This document shows, piece after piece, positions 21,179 to 32,200 of a stretch of DNA of 64,000 nt; the first letter of the stretch is position 1, and each line of letters begins with the position of its first letter. This stretch comes from an uncultured bacterium (GTDB lineage Bacteria > Chloroflexota > UBA5177 > JANWHV01). Where the stretch lies: assembly GCA_963827235.1 (NCBI GenBank), contig CAWHAE010000015.1:89230-153229 (forward strand), written 5' to 3'. Position numbers and translations under genes: made by a program. Below the pieces are notes generated by a model. That model worked only from the letters and a program-made list of their open reading frames with translations, was not told the DNA's origin and searched no databases.

Positions 21179-21337
21179 GGGTGTATTGAACCTCCGCTTG
21201 GCCCAACTATCAGGTTCTCAGTGCAATGCGAGAGCCACGCTTCACATGCCGCCATACCTGCCGCGTTTCTCGCCAGCGCCTAGCGAGTTGCGCCTTCCTG
21301 GAGAAACGGGTGCCGCAGTCGTGGCATCCACAGTGCT

Positions 21338-23497
21338 TCAATTCGGCATCGGGAGATTGTATGCGATCGTGGTGTACCCACGGCCCGAAGTATCGGTGTT
21401 GACTCCGTCCACGTTGAAGTTGTGGAGGTGGAACCGGACAATCAGCACCGGCTTCCCATTGAGGAAGTGAGTGTGCCGCGCGTCGGGCCTTGGGAAGCTC
21501 TCGTCATGTATGTCCGCGACGATGAGGAAGCCGCTAGCAGCGTATGTCTTCGTGGCCCATGAACTGAAATGCTGCTGCCCGCCGCTCCGGGAATCGTCAT
21601 ACTGGTTGTCGATCTCGACTGAGACCTCTTCGGGTGAATCCGGAAGCCCGATGTAGGCGATACCGAACAGTGCTGACAGGTAGGCACCGGACCAACAGTG
21701 ACTGAACAGGCACCAGGCGCCTCCATGCAGGGCAGGCCAACCCGGGGCGCCTGGGCGGGCAGCAGAGATAATGATGGTGCCCAATTCCACCTGGTTCTGC
21801 CGGCAATTGCAATTAGTCGCGATTGGGTTCTTGCTTAGCGTCGCTGATACGTTATCGTCGGTGAAGATAGTCACGTGCCTGAATATGCCATAAACATCCG
21901 AGTTAACTGAGAATGGCCCTGACCCGGAGGCGTTCGGTCGCGGCTGTGTCAACACGCCTACCAGGTCGGTTCGGCGCGTGACATGCCCCTCAATTTCACT
22001 ATCGGTCATGTAGAAGTTGTTGCCCAGGATACTCTGATCGGCGGCACTGGCCGGCTGGCCACAGACAGCCCTGAAGTAGCCGTAGGGCCTCTGCCAGAAG
22101 CAGCCCTCCCACTTCGCGAACGGGTTGGTCGACGAGGCGCAATTCGCCCTCGTACTGGCATTGACCCACGCCATGGACCCTTGTACCAAGTTGCCGTAGG
22201 CACGCGGGAAGTCGCTCTGCGAAAGGCTCCCATCTGATCGGTACTTCACCTCGACGGCGACGAGATCCATATGCCCCGGCAGACTCCCTCTGTAGGCGAT
22301 GAAGTCGGGACCGCGGGCGCTGTCGCCCTTCGCCAACAACCAGCCCATGCCGACCTGAGGATCGATCGTCCTGTCCCACTGATCAATTCGCCCGGGCTGC
22401 GCCGCACCAAAGTTGGGTCCGGAAGCGATCGAGTATCCGGCCTGCCGGTAAAGCTCTACAGCGCACAGCAGTGCGTCTTGCGATCGAGTAAGGTTGTTGT
22501 CCTCGACCTCTGAGTCGCCTTCAGGCGTGGAAGCCAACCCCGCCGCTGGCATAGATGAGGCAACGATCGACAGGCCGCTTTCGGCAAGCATGTCGCGCTG
22601 CACGATCTTCCCACTCGGATCCGTCGCATCGGTCGGCCTGTCCCCCGCATACCGGTATGGCTCGTTCGTCTGGTCGAGCAGCGGGTCCTCGCTCTCGAAC
22701 TGCCCCTCGCTGGGGCTGTACTCCCGTGCCCGCATGTCGTAGGTGCCGGCCGCCGCGTCGTAGTACTGCCCGGCGAAGCCGAAGGGCTGGCTGCCCTGCA
22801 TGCCGGCGAGCAGCGTGACGCCGCTGCCGGTGGACGTGTCCGGGTTGGCTCGCGCGTTGCCCCAGGCGTCGTAGGCGCCGGCGCCGATGGTAGCGCCGGT
22901 GGGGTCGGTGACCAGGCGCACGCTGCCCAGCAGGTCGGTGCCCAGGGTAGTGCTGCGCTGGGTGCTCAGCGTGTAGCCCGCTAGCGGTGCCTGGCCGCTG
23001 CCCGGGTCGAGGTAGGCGTAGTCGGCGTTGCCGTCCGAGACCAGGTCGGACATGCCGGCCTCCAGGTCCTGCGCGTAGTTGGAGAGAGTTGGCGTGCCGC
23101 TTGACGCGTCGTAGCTGCGCAGGCGGTCGCCCTGGCCGTCGTAGACGAAGGTGAGGTTGGTGGTCGGGCCGATGATGGCCACCAGCTCGTTCCGCAGGTC
23201 GTAGGTATTGGTGATCGTGCCGGTGGGTCCCACGCTGCCCGTCTGGTTGCCCGCGGTATCGTAGCTATAGGTGGTGGGCTCGCCCGGGCCGGCGTCCGAG
23301 GCTGTCGAGGCGCTGGTCAACTCGTCGGCGGCGTCGTAGCTGTTGCTGGTCACCGTGGTGGAGAGGGCATCGGTGGTGGTGAGCGTGACCGTGCTGGTGA
23401 TCACGGTGCGGTTGCCGGCGTCGTCATACTGGTCGACTTCGCTGCTGCCGTCCGGGTAGCCGGCGCTGGTCAGCCCGCCTGCCGGGTCGTAGCTGAA
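21338..23497 (-). pseudogene. Orphan Rhs cassette D (open frame) with PD-(D/E)xK domain plus extra C-terminal region
   Basis: Core homology from YDPAG; DPSG; GPDFIAY...VEVKY...QGS..W; no N-terminal Rhs region. Confidence 0.82.
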
Positions 23498-23732
23498 TCC
23501 AGACTCTACCACGTTATGCTGGCTCAGAGGTAGAACACTACCCGAGCACGCACGCGGACTTCGCCATCAGTATCAACAGTGCCGGAGACCCCTGTTTTCG
23601 CGCTTCTTGGCACCCGCAACGCCCGCGCCACACGCTCGCATCACAAACGTCGCTTGCGCAGGCAGCGTGATCGGAGGACCCACGAAGCCGCCGTATGACC
23701 CGCCTTTGCAGTACCAGTGTCCACTACGCGCC

Positions 23733-23860
23733 TAATACTACAGCGACAGTCTGCAAAATCGGCACAAGATACGGGATTTTCGAACGGGGTGAACCACAAC
23801 ATATGGCATTTGCAGACGCCCTACAACCTCACAAATCGGTCATGTGTCGCTGTAGTATTA
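23733..23860. mobile_element. 128-bp MITE-like element with 16-bp perfect terminal inverted repeats
   Basis: TAATACTACAGCGACA (23733-23748) / TGTCGCTGTAGTATTA (23845-23860); nested 9-bp IR GTCTGCAAA/TTTGCAGAC. Confidence 0.65.
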
Positions 23861-23861
23861 A

Positions 23862-25581
23862 GGGAGCGCCTCAGCTTTGTGTAGCTGAGGCTGTTGATGT
23901 TCAGGCTGAGCGCCGGTGACTGACGGCCACGCGACCCCAATAGCCCTTCCCCTTGCCCCAGGGTTTGCCGGTGGAGACGATGCGCTGCGGTGCGATCGGC
24001 GGTGCTGCGCTGTCGGCGGGCGTCGGATCAGTCGGCGCTGGCGCCGGTGCCGCATCCACAGCCGGCCACAGGCCGGGCAACGCATCGGCGGCGGGGAGCG
24101 CGCGCAGGCGGGTGAGGGGTCGGCTGGCCCAGAACATCGCCCAGCGGCCGTGGCCGCTCTGGTGCAGTGCCCGCAGGTTGGCGATGGCCTGCGCGCCCTG
24201 GGGCGTCCAGCGCATGCCGGCCCCCTTGGCGCGCTTGCTGATCAGCTGCTTGCAGCCGCTCTCCACCGCGCCCGAACCAATGGGCAACTGGCGGGCCACG
24301 AAGCGCGGGTAGTCCAGCCGGTCCGCGTTGTCCGTGAAGTACTCCTCCAGGTTGCGGCGCACGACGTCGTGCGCTTCCGCGGACAGGTCGGGCCGCGCCA
24401 GCGGGGCCTGCAACGCGGCGAGCACCGGCGGCGCGCCCTGCTGCAAGAGGGTGTGCCGCTGTTCGGCCTACCAGGCACGCGCCGGCAGGCTGCCCGCGCC
24501 ATACACCGCGCTGGCTACCTCGGCCAGCTGCTCGCTGGCGTGGTAGAAATCAACGATCTCCACCACCGCAGTGCCCGGGTGGCTGAACTGCGTGCGCGCC
24601 TGCTTCCAGATCCAGCGCGCCCCGTCGGCAATCACGACCACTTCCTGCACGCCGCGCGTGAAGCCGGCGCGCCAGGCCTCCCGGGTCAGGCGCGGAAAGA
24701 AGGCCTCGCTGCACTCCAGCCCGGCGCAGAAGCCGGATGGCCCCAGCACGAGTGTCGCGCGTGCCGTCGCGGCATCTGCGCGCACCGCCGGGCCCAGCGC
24801 CGCCACGCGGCCCACCGTCATCTCGCGGTAGCCGTCTTGCAGGGGCGTGTGCACGCCATCGGTCTCCACCACCAGCCGCGTGGGCACCGCCTGCGCCGGC
24901 ACCGCCCATTGCGTGCGGTCGGCCTGCTCGTGCTCGATCAGCGCACCGAGCCCTTCGGCCAGCCGCCGGATGGTCTCCTTGGCCACGTGCACCCCGACGC
25001 TGCTCGCCACACTCGCGCGCGCCGCGGCGAAGGAGTCCTGCTGCGCCTGCTCGCACACCACCTGGGCCAGGCCCGGCGAGAGCTGGCCGGCGCCCAGCCC
25101 CAGCACACAATCCAGCGGCGCATGGCCCGCCTGGCAGCGCGCGCAGTAGAACGTGGGCCGCATGAACCGATACTCACCGACCAGCCTCAGCACCGTCCGC
25201 CGCCGCTCCCGCCCTACCAGGTGCAGCTGCCGGCCACACTGCGGACAGCGGCTCGCCACCCCTTCCGGCCCTTGCGCGCGCGCCTGCAGTACCACGCCCT
25301 CCACGGCGCTCCCTACCTGCCGCAGCACCTGCTGCAAGGCCCGCTCCCCGGCCAGCAAATCACCCGTCAGCAGCACTTCCACCGCCGCCCACAGCCCGGC
25401 CTCCAGGGCTGCCGCCCCGTCCGCCACCGCCGTCGCCAGAATCCGGGTACGCTCCATCGTGCCTCCTCCGCTCGGGCACGCGCGGTTGACAGATCGCTTG
25501 CCGTGCCCTGTAGCCGAGGAGGCTACCTCTTCGCGCGTTACTTTGCCTTAGCCCAGCCGACATCAATCGTGGGGCGCACCC
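23862..25581 (-). mobile_element. ISKra4/ISLre2-like insertion sequence
   Basis: Transposase inside; imperfect ends GGGAGCGCCTCA / TGGGGCGCACCC; ends approximate; no target duplication seen. Confidence 0.65.
23901..25457 (-). pseudogene. ISKra4/ISLre2-like DDE transposase with in-frame TAG at 24468-24470
   Basis: CPQC...CARC, ETDG, ADGARWIW, DFYHA, PIGSGAVESGCK..R.K.AGMRW; the two track ORFs are in the same frame. Confidence 0.85.
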
Positions 25582-25663
25582 AGCCCTGGGTGTGGGGCCG
25601 GCCGCCCCCAAGGCATCGCCATCTACGCCGCTGTTTTACGTATCGCCTTTGAGGAACGGAGCA

Positions 25664-26152
25664 TTAAGAGGGTGGCGCCCGCTTCACGACGGCAAGCTCA
25701 ATGGGACTGCCAGGCCAAAGCGCGATCCTGTAAGTATCCTCGCCCTCTAGGCCGTCAGCGCTGAGTGTATCAAGTCCCGCGAAACAAATCCGCACACGGT
25801 AATAACCTGGGCTCACCTTGACGATCAGGTCGTCGGTACCCATCTCAGTGATAACTAGCGTCCCCGACTGGATGTTGATACCCGTCTCGACGATGTGGTC
25901 CCACTGATCGACGTCTGTCTCCGGTTCTGAGGCGCAAAGCTCAACGTGAACAGGCACACGCATGTTCCTGGCGGTGGCGATATTCAGCAGCCCTGGCACG
26001 GCTATCACACGGTTGGCGAGGTTCTGTGGAGTCCAATCACACCATCCTTCGGTCAACTCGTCGTAGTCACGATGTCCATCCTCCAGGTAGAACTGGAAGT
26101 AGTCTGCGAAGACAGTCAGGTCAGCCCTGTACGTCACCCGACCTCCAGCCAC
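25664..26152 (-). CDS. Immunity protein, Nin/ComJ-like nuclease inhibitor
   Basis: Downstream of the NucA/NucB tip; YFQF..DWT...G...ARN...PGYY...DTY pattern resembles B. subtilis Nin as recalled. Confidence 0.7.
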   Translation of the reverse strand: MAGGRVTYRADLTVFADYFQFYLEDGHRDYDELTEGWCDWTPQNLANRVIAVPGLLNIATARNMRVPVHVELCASEPETDVDQWDHIVETGINIQSGTLVITEMGTDDLIVKVSPGYYRVRICFAGLDTLSADGLEGEDTYRIALWPGSPIELAVVKRAPPS

Positions 26153-26205
26153 GTTGTCGCCTCCAAATCCCGATCAGCCGCGAAACAGCGGCGTAGGCGG
26201 CACCA

Positions 26206-29200
26206 TCACCGTGTAACGACGATCTTGACTCTCGTTCCATCGGGAAACCTACTCAAGAGACTGCGGATGGTCGCGCCGAGCCCGCGATTGTCCAGACGTT
26301 GTATCGGCCGAATACTGGCTCCCTTCCCGCCCTCAGCAAACATGGCCATGGGAAACTCATCCCGATCCATATTAGGGGTGGTTGCGGTGCCGGCAAGTGA
26401 CTCAGCGCGCCTCGCGGCTGCCCCGGCTCGGTCTATGGTGAGATCAGAGAACTGACCTGCACTGATCGCGTCCTCAATATGGCTCAGTGCCTGGTCATAC
26501 GCCGGATAAGCCTGCTTCGATAGGGTTAGGGTGACAACACCTGTTGACGGGTCGACGTTGACAGGACACGGCCCCGCGTTGTGCACCAGCACCTCGGCCA
26601 ACCCGACGAAGAAGTCGTGGTCGCTGGCGACGGTGAGGGTGTAGACGTGCGCCTCGCCCATGTTCCAGTGTATGCCCAGCACCGTGACGTCGCGCCCGTC
26701 TTCGGTGCGCAGCCGGTCACCTGCCTGCAACTGGCCGGCCTCAACCCAGCCGGGTTTGGTCAGGTCACGGCCGCTGTCCACATAGAACGGATGGTTGCTC
26801 GTCACCTTGAGTGTGCTGCCGTCGGAGAGTTCGAGGGCTAGCAGCGGCTTGATGCCGTCGTCGATCACCGCCAGCACGCGCTCAGCTTCGGGCTTGCCCT
26901 TGGCCGGGTCTTCCGCCAGGATGGTGTCGCCCGCGTGCAGGCTGGCGATAGCCACCAGACCGTGCTGGGTGGCCACACCGGTGTCCGCCGGGAAGCAGGA
27001 GCACGGCAGTTCGCCGGTGGTGCCGCCCTGCGCGGTGCACGTCGTGCCCGAACACGGTTCGGTCAACTGGGCATTGTCGAGCGCCTTGCCCGCTGCCTGC
27101 TCTTCTTGGACAGTGGCGGGCTGCATGTGGCCGGATGGATCCAGCAGTTCCAGGGTTGCCTTGCCATCGTCGAGCATGGTGCCTTGTGTGTGCAGCACCG
27201 CCGTTTCAGCCGCTTCCGCCGCAGCGTCGAAGCCACCGCCCGCCGCCGCACCGGCCGCCAGGCGCAGCAACGGCCCGGCCAGCTCGGGAGCAACGAAGGT
27301 GGCCACCGTGAACATGCGCACCAGCAAGCCCGTGCGTGGGTCGACGGCGACCTGGATGCTGCCCAAGGTCAGCGCGGCGAGCTTGGTGAGACCGGCCGCA
27401 GCCAGGAGGTCGACCTCCACACCACCGGGCAGCCAGGACGGTAGGTGCACGCCTGCCTTCTTGGCCGCGTTGAAGTAGTCGGTGGCCGCTTGCTCGGTCC
27501 AGTCGCCTACCTGGCCGATCGCGCAGGTGAGATTGGTGAGCGCATCGTGGCAGTAGCTAGTGCTGTCCGCGTAGACCAGGACGCCGGGCGCCTGGGGCCA
27601 GAAGGTTAGCGTCTTGCCGTGGTAGGGTGCCGTGAAGGCGGGGTACTCGTCATCCCCGCCGCCATGATAGTCAGACGGCCGGATCTCAGGAGTGTAGGGG
27701 CCGGCGGTTCCCACGAAGGGGATAGCGGCGCTGCCTGCCGGGCCTGGCTTGATGGTGGGGAACTTCCGCACCGTCCACGCGCAGCCACCGCCAACCTTCC
27801 ACAGGCACTGCTGGTCGGTGATCCATGCCACTCCAAACGTCTTGGCGTCGGCAATGAGCGTGTTCACGCCATTGATAACCGAGACCTGCTGTGTCAGCGA
27901 CTTGAAAGACTGAGCATGCTCGATGTCCCAGAGATAGGTCCCGCGGTCGGTGACGGAGATGATGTTCGCGTTCAGGGTCTTGCCGATGCTGGCCTTCGCG
28001 CAGGCCAGGGTGGGCACCGGCTTGGTGAACACGGGTACCCAGAACTCGGTCTCGCTGGCCCGCGCCACGGACCAGGCCGGCGTCTTGAGGGCAGTGGTGC
28101 CCTGGTCAGCAGTCGTGGTGCCGACGGCAGGCGACTGCGCTACTCTTGCCGCCGCGGCGGCCATCGCAGTCTCCTGCGCCGCGCTGACCGCCTCGGAGGG
28201 ATAGAGCACCACAGCGACCGCGCCCTCGATGGCCGACTGCTGCTCATAGTCCTGTGCGGTGGGCAGCGCCCATCCTTTCCCACTCGGGTCCGTCCCGTCC
28301 GTGGGCATGTTGCCGGCGTACTCGTAGGGGTCCAGCGTCACCGGCACCTGCGGATCGGCAGGCAGCGGATCCACGCTCTCGAACTGCCCCTCACTTGGGC
28401 TGTACTCCCGGGCCCGCATGCCATACGTGCCTGCCGCCGCGTCGTAGTACTGCCCCGCGTAGCCGAAGGGCTGGCTGCCCAGGAGGCCGGCCAGCAGGGT
28501 GGCGCCGCTGCCGGTGGACGTGTCCGGGTTGGCTCTGGCCTTGCCCCAGGCGTCGTAGGCGCTAGCCCCGATCGTAGCACCGGTGGGGTCGGTGACCAGC
28601 CGCACGCTGCCCAGCAGGTCGGTGCCCAGGGTGGTGGTGCGCTGGGTGCTCAGGGTGTAGCCTGCCAGCGGTGCCTGGCCGCTGCCCGGATTCAGGTAGG
28701 CGTAGTCGGCGTTGCCGTCCGAGACCAGGTCGGACATGCCGGCCTCCAGGTCCTGCGCGTAGTTGGAGAGGGTTGGGATCGATCCGGAGGCGTCCTCGGC
28801 ACGCAGCCTGTCGCCCTGCCCGTCGTAGACGAAGGTGAGGTTGGTGGTCGGGCCGATGATGGCCACCAGCTCGTTCCGCAGGTCGTAGGTGTTGGTGATC
28901 GTGCCGGTCTGTCCGGTGCTCCCCACCTGGTTGCCCGCGACATCATACGTATAGGTGGTAGGTTCGCCCGGGCCGACGTCCGAGGCCGTCGAGGCGCTGG
29001 TCAACTCGTCCGCCGCGTCGTAGCTGTTGGTGGTCACCGTGGTGGAGAGTGCACCGGTGGTGGTGAGCGTGACCGTGCTGGTGATGACGGTGCGGTTGCC
29101 GGCCGCGTCGTACGCATCCTGCTCGCTGCTGCCGTCCGGGTAGCCGGCATTGGTCAGATCGCCCGCCGGGTCGTAGCCGAAGCTGGAGGTGCCCCAGCTA

Positions 29201-32200
29201 TCGTCGATGGCCGTGCGCTCGCCCGCCGCGTCCAGCGTGTCCGTCTGGCTGAAGAGCACGGTGCCCGAGATGCTCACCGTGGTGTCGATGGTCCGGCCGG
29301 CGCTGTCGTAGCCCCACACCTGGCTGGTGCCGTTGGCCGCCTGCAGCCGCGTCAGCTTGCCTGCCTTGTCGTAGCCGGCGTGACTGGTATTGGGCGCCGC
29401 CCCCGGCTGGGTCAGCGTGCTCACCTGACCCGTCGCGTCGTAACTCCACGTCGCCGTCTTGCCGTCCGGGTAGGTCAGCGTAGTGCGCCGGCCCGCCGCG
29501 TCGTAGGTGTAATGCAGGTGCATGCTCACCTGGCCCGCTGCCGGCGTGCCCGCCGTGGGCGTGGCCGTGGCCGGGGTGACCGTGCCGCAGGTCGTGGCGG
29601 TGGCCGTGGGCTCCGCGGCCGGCAGGCTATCGGCGGCAATCTCCACCACCCGGCCTGCGTCCCGCATGGTCAGCCACAGGTTGCCGGCCTCGTCGAAGGC
29701 GATCCCCGTGGGCACGCTGCCCGCCGGCTGGTCGAGCTGGTACTCGCCGATCCTGCCGCCGGCGTCCAGCCGCCCCACCATGCCCGCCTGCTGCTCCGTG
29801 AACCACAGGCTGCCGTCCGGCGCTATCGCCAGCCGGTCCGCCCCCGCGTTGGCCGTGGGCACGTCGACCTCGCCGAAGGTGCCATCGGCAGTGACGCGGG
29901 CGATCTTGTCGTTCGCATACTCGTTCATGAAGACGGTGCCGTCGGGCGCCGCGACGAGGTAGCCGTTGCCGCCCTCGCCCGCCAGGGAGACCGGGTACTG
30001 GGTGACCTGGCCGCTGGCCGTGTCCAGCTTGCCCAGGTAGGCCGGCATGTCGCCCGTGTACGCCAGCGCGAACCACAGCACGTGGCCCGCTCCCAAGGCC
30101 AGGCCCATCGGCGACCCGGTGTCGCCGTCCTGCACGGGCAGGGGGTCGTCGGCCAGCAGGGTGCCGCTGGGGTCCACGTGCGCGATCGAGGAACTGCCCG
30201 TGCTGTTGACGGACAGCCAGAAGGTGCCGTCGCTGTCCTGCGCGATGCCGGCCAGCTCACCCAGGTCGTCGATGGCGGGCAGGGAGACGACCGTCTCGGT
30301 GCCGTCCTGCTGGATGTGGAAGAGCTCGTCGTAGTAGCCGGCCGCCCAGATGGAGCCGTCGGTGCCCAGCACCATGCCTTCGACGATGTCGTAGCCGGGC
30401 GCGGTGAAGCGGCTGACCGTGCCGTCGGCGGCCACGCGGTCGATCTCGTTGCCGTACTCGCCGTAGGTCCAGGCGTTGCCGTTGTGGTCGACCAGCATGC
30501 CGCGCGGACCGAAGCCGCCGGCCAGCTGGTAGGTGGCCAGGCTGGGCAGCAGCGAGTTCGTGTTCGGCGTGGCCGTCGGCGTCTCGGTCGGCGTGTCGGT
30601 ACTCGTGGGCGTATTGGTATCAGTTGGTGTGTCGGTGCTCGTCGGGGTGTCGGTCGAGGTGTCCGTATCCGCCGGCGTGTCGGTGATGGTCGGCGTATCG
30701 GTCGCCGTATCCGTGTCTGCCGGCGCCGTGGCACTCGTGCCGGTAGTCGCCGTCGGCGTGGAGGTCGGTGCCGATTCGCCCTGGCCTTCCTGGTAGTGCG
30801 CCGCGATCTGGCCCGGCGTCAGTGCATAGCGATAGACGGCCACGCCGGCAAGCTCGCCATGCAGATACGCTCCGCCGTCGGTGAGGTCGCAGGCGCCGAT
30901 CGTGAGCGGACCCACCAGCTCCAGGGCATGGGTCTGCGGCGTATCCTGGTCTACTTGCACGCCGTCCTGGTAGATCGTGCGCGTGGTGCCGTCGTACGTC
31001 GCTACCACGTAATGCCAGCTGCTGCTCATGTCGGAGACACTGTCGTCGTAGAGGTCGTCGTTCCACCAGTAGTTCGTCAGGCTGTTTTCGTTGTTCCCGT
31101 CGGTCGAGAACGCGTTGGTGTCGGAGTCGTTGTTGCCGTAGGGCCCGTAGCCGATGATGCCCTGGCCCGGATAGCCGTCCGGGTCCCCGCCGTTGTTGCC
31201 GTCCGGCGAGAGGTTGACCCAGGCCTCGAGCGTGTACGCATCATTGCCGGACGGCAGCCCGCTCACCTGCGGCACGCTGATGTAGCCGGCGTTGCCGTCG
31301 AACGCCGCCGAGCCGCTCATGCCGGGCGGCGCGGTCGTGGTGAAGGCCGCGGTGTTCTGCAGGGTTCCGTCATAGCCGTTGCCGGTGGCGTCGTGGGCCG
31401 TGGTGCCGTCGCTCTCGTCCAGCGGCCAGTAGGCCACGGCGCCGTCGGCCAGCACCGCCGACTCGTAGGCCGCGGAGCTCGGCGTGGCGGTGCCGGTGGC
31501 TGCCGGCGTGGCGGTGCCGGTGACTGCCGGCGTGGCGGTTGCCGTGGTGCAGGCAGGCTGCGGCGCGGTCAGCACCTCGATGCCGCTCACCAGCGGGTTG
31601 TCCGTCTCCCGCACGAAGCTGACCCGCAACTGGCCAAGCTGGTCCGCGGTCACCGGGAAGCTATCCACCAGCGCCTTGTCCTTGGCTCCCGCCGTGGCAT
31701 AGATGTCGAACTGGTCGAGCACCTGCTCGCCGTTCACGCTCACGCCGAACAGCCGCTGGCCGGCACTGTCCCAGGAGAGCTCGGCGAAGTGCAGCCGCAG
31801 GGTGTAGCTGCCGCCCGGCTGCAGATTGGGGATGGTGTAGGTAAAGGCACCCCAGCGCGCCGTCTGGTAGACCAGCGCCGGCGCCGCGTCGCTCACTCCA
31901 CTGGTGTCGATGGAATCACTCACGCTCTCCACGTCGCCGTCGGCGCGCTCGGCCCTGCTGTCGCCGCTGAAGCCGCCCACGTCGCCACCGCCCACGTTGA
32001 TCGCCGCTACCGTGGTCGGCGTCTCCACCGGCGCGCCCGTGCAGCTCTGCGGCGGGCCGGCCAGCGGGATCACCTCCAGGCCGCTGCTTTCCGCCTCGTC
32101 TAACACCGAGGTGTAGGCGACCGCGATCTGCCCGTTATCGTCGGCCTGCACGCTGAAGGCGCGCACCACCGCCGTGTACGGCATGCCCGCGGCGGCGATG

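Noticed and set aside
23761-23808. Two NrdR-box-like motifs 32 bp apart (CACAAGATA / CACAACATA)
   Set aside because: Imperfect matches with no ribonucleotide reductase gene nearby; they lie inside the MITE-like element
24468-24470. Programmed amber read-through in the transposase
   Set aside because: No recoding machinery is visible, other genes here end in TAG, and a nonsense mutation is simpler
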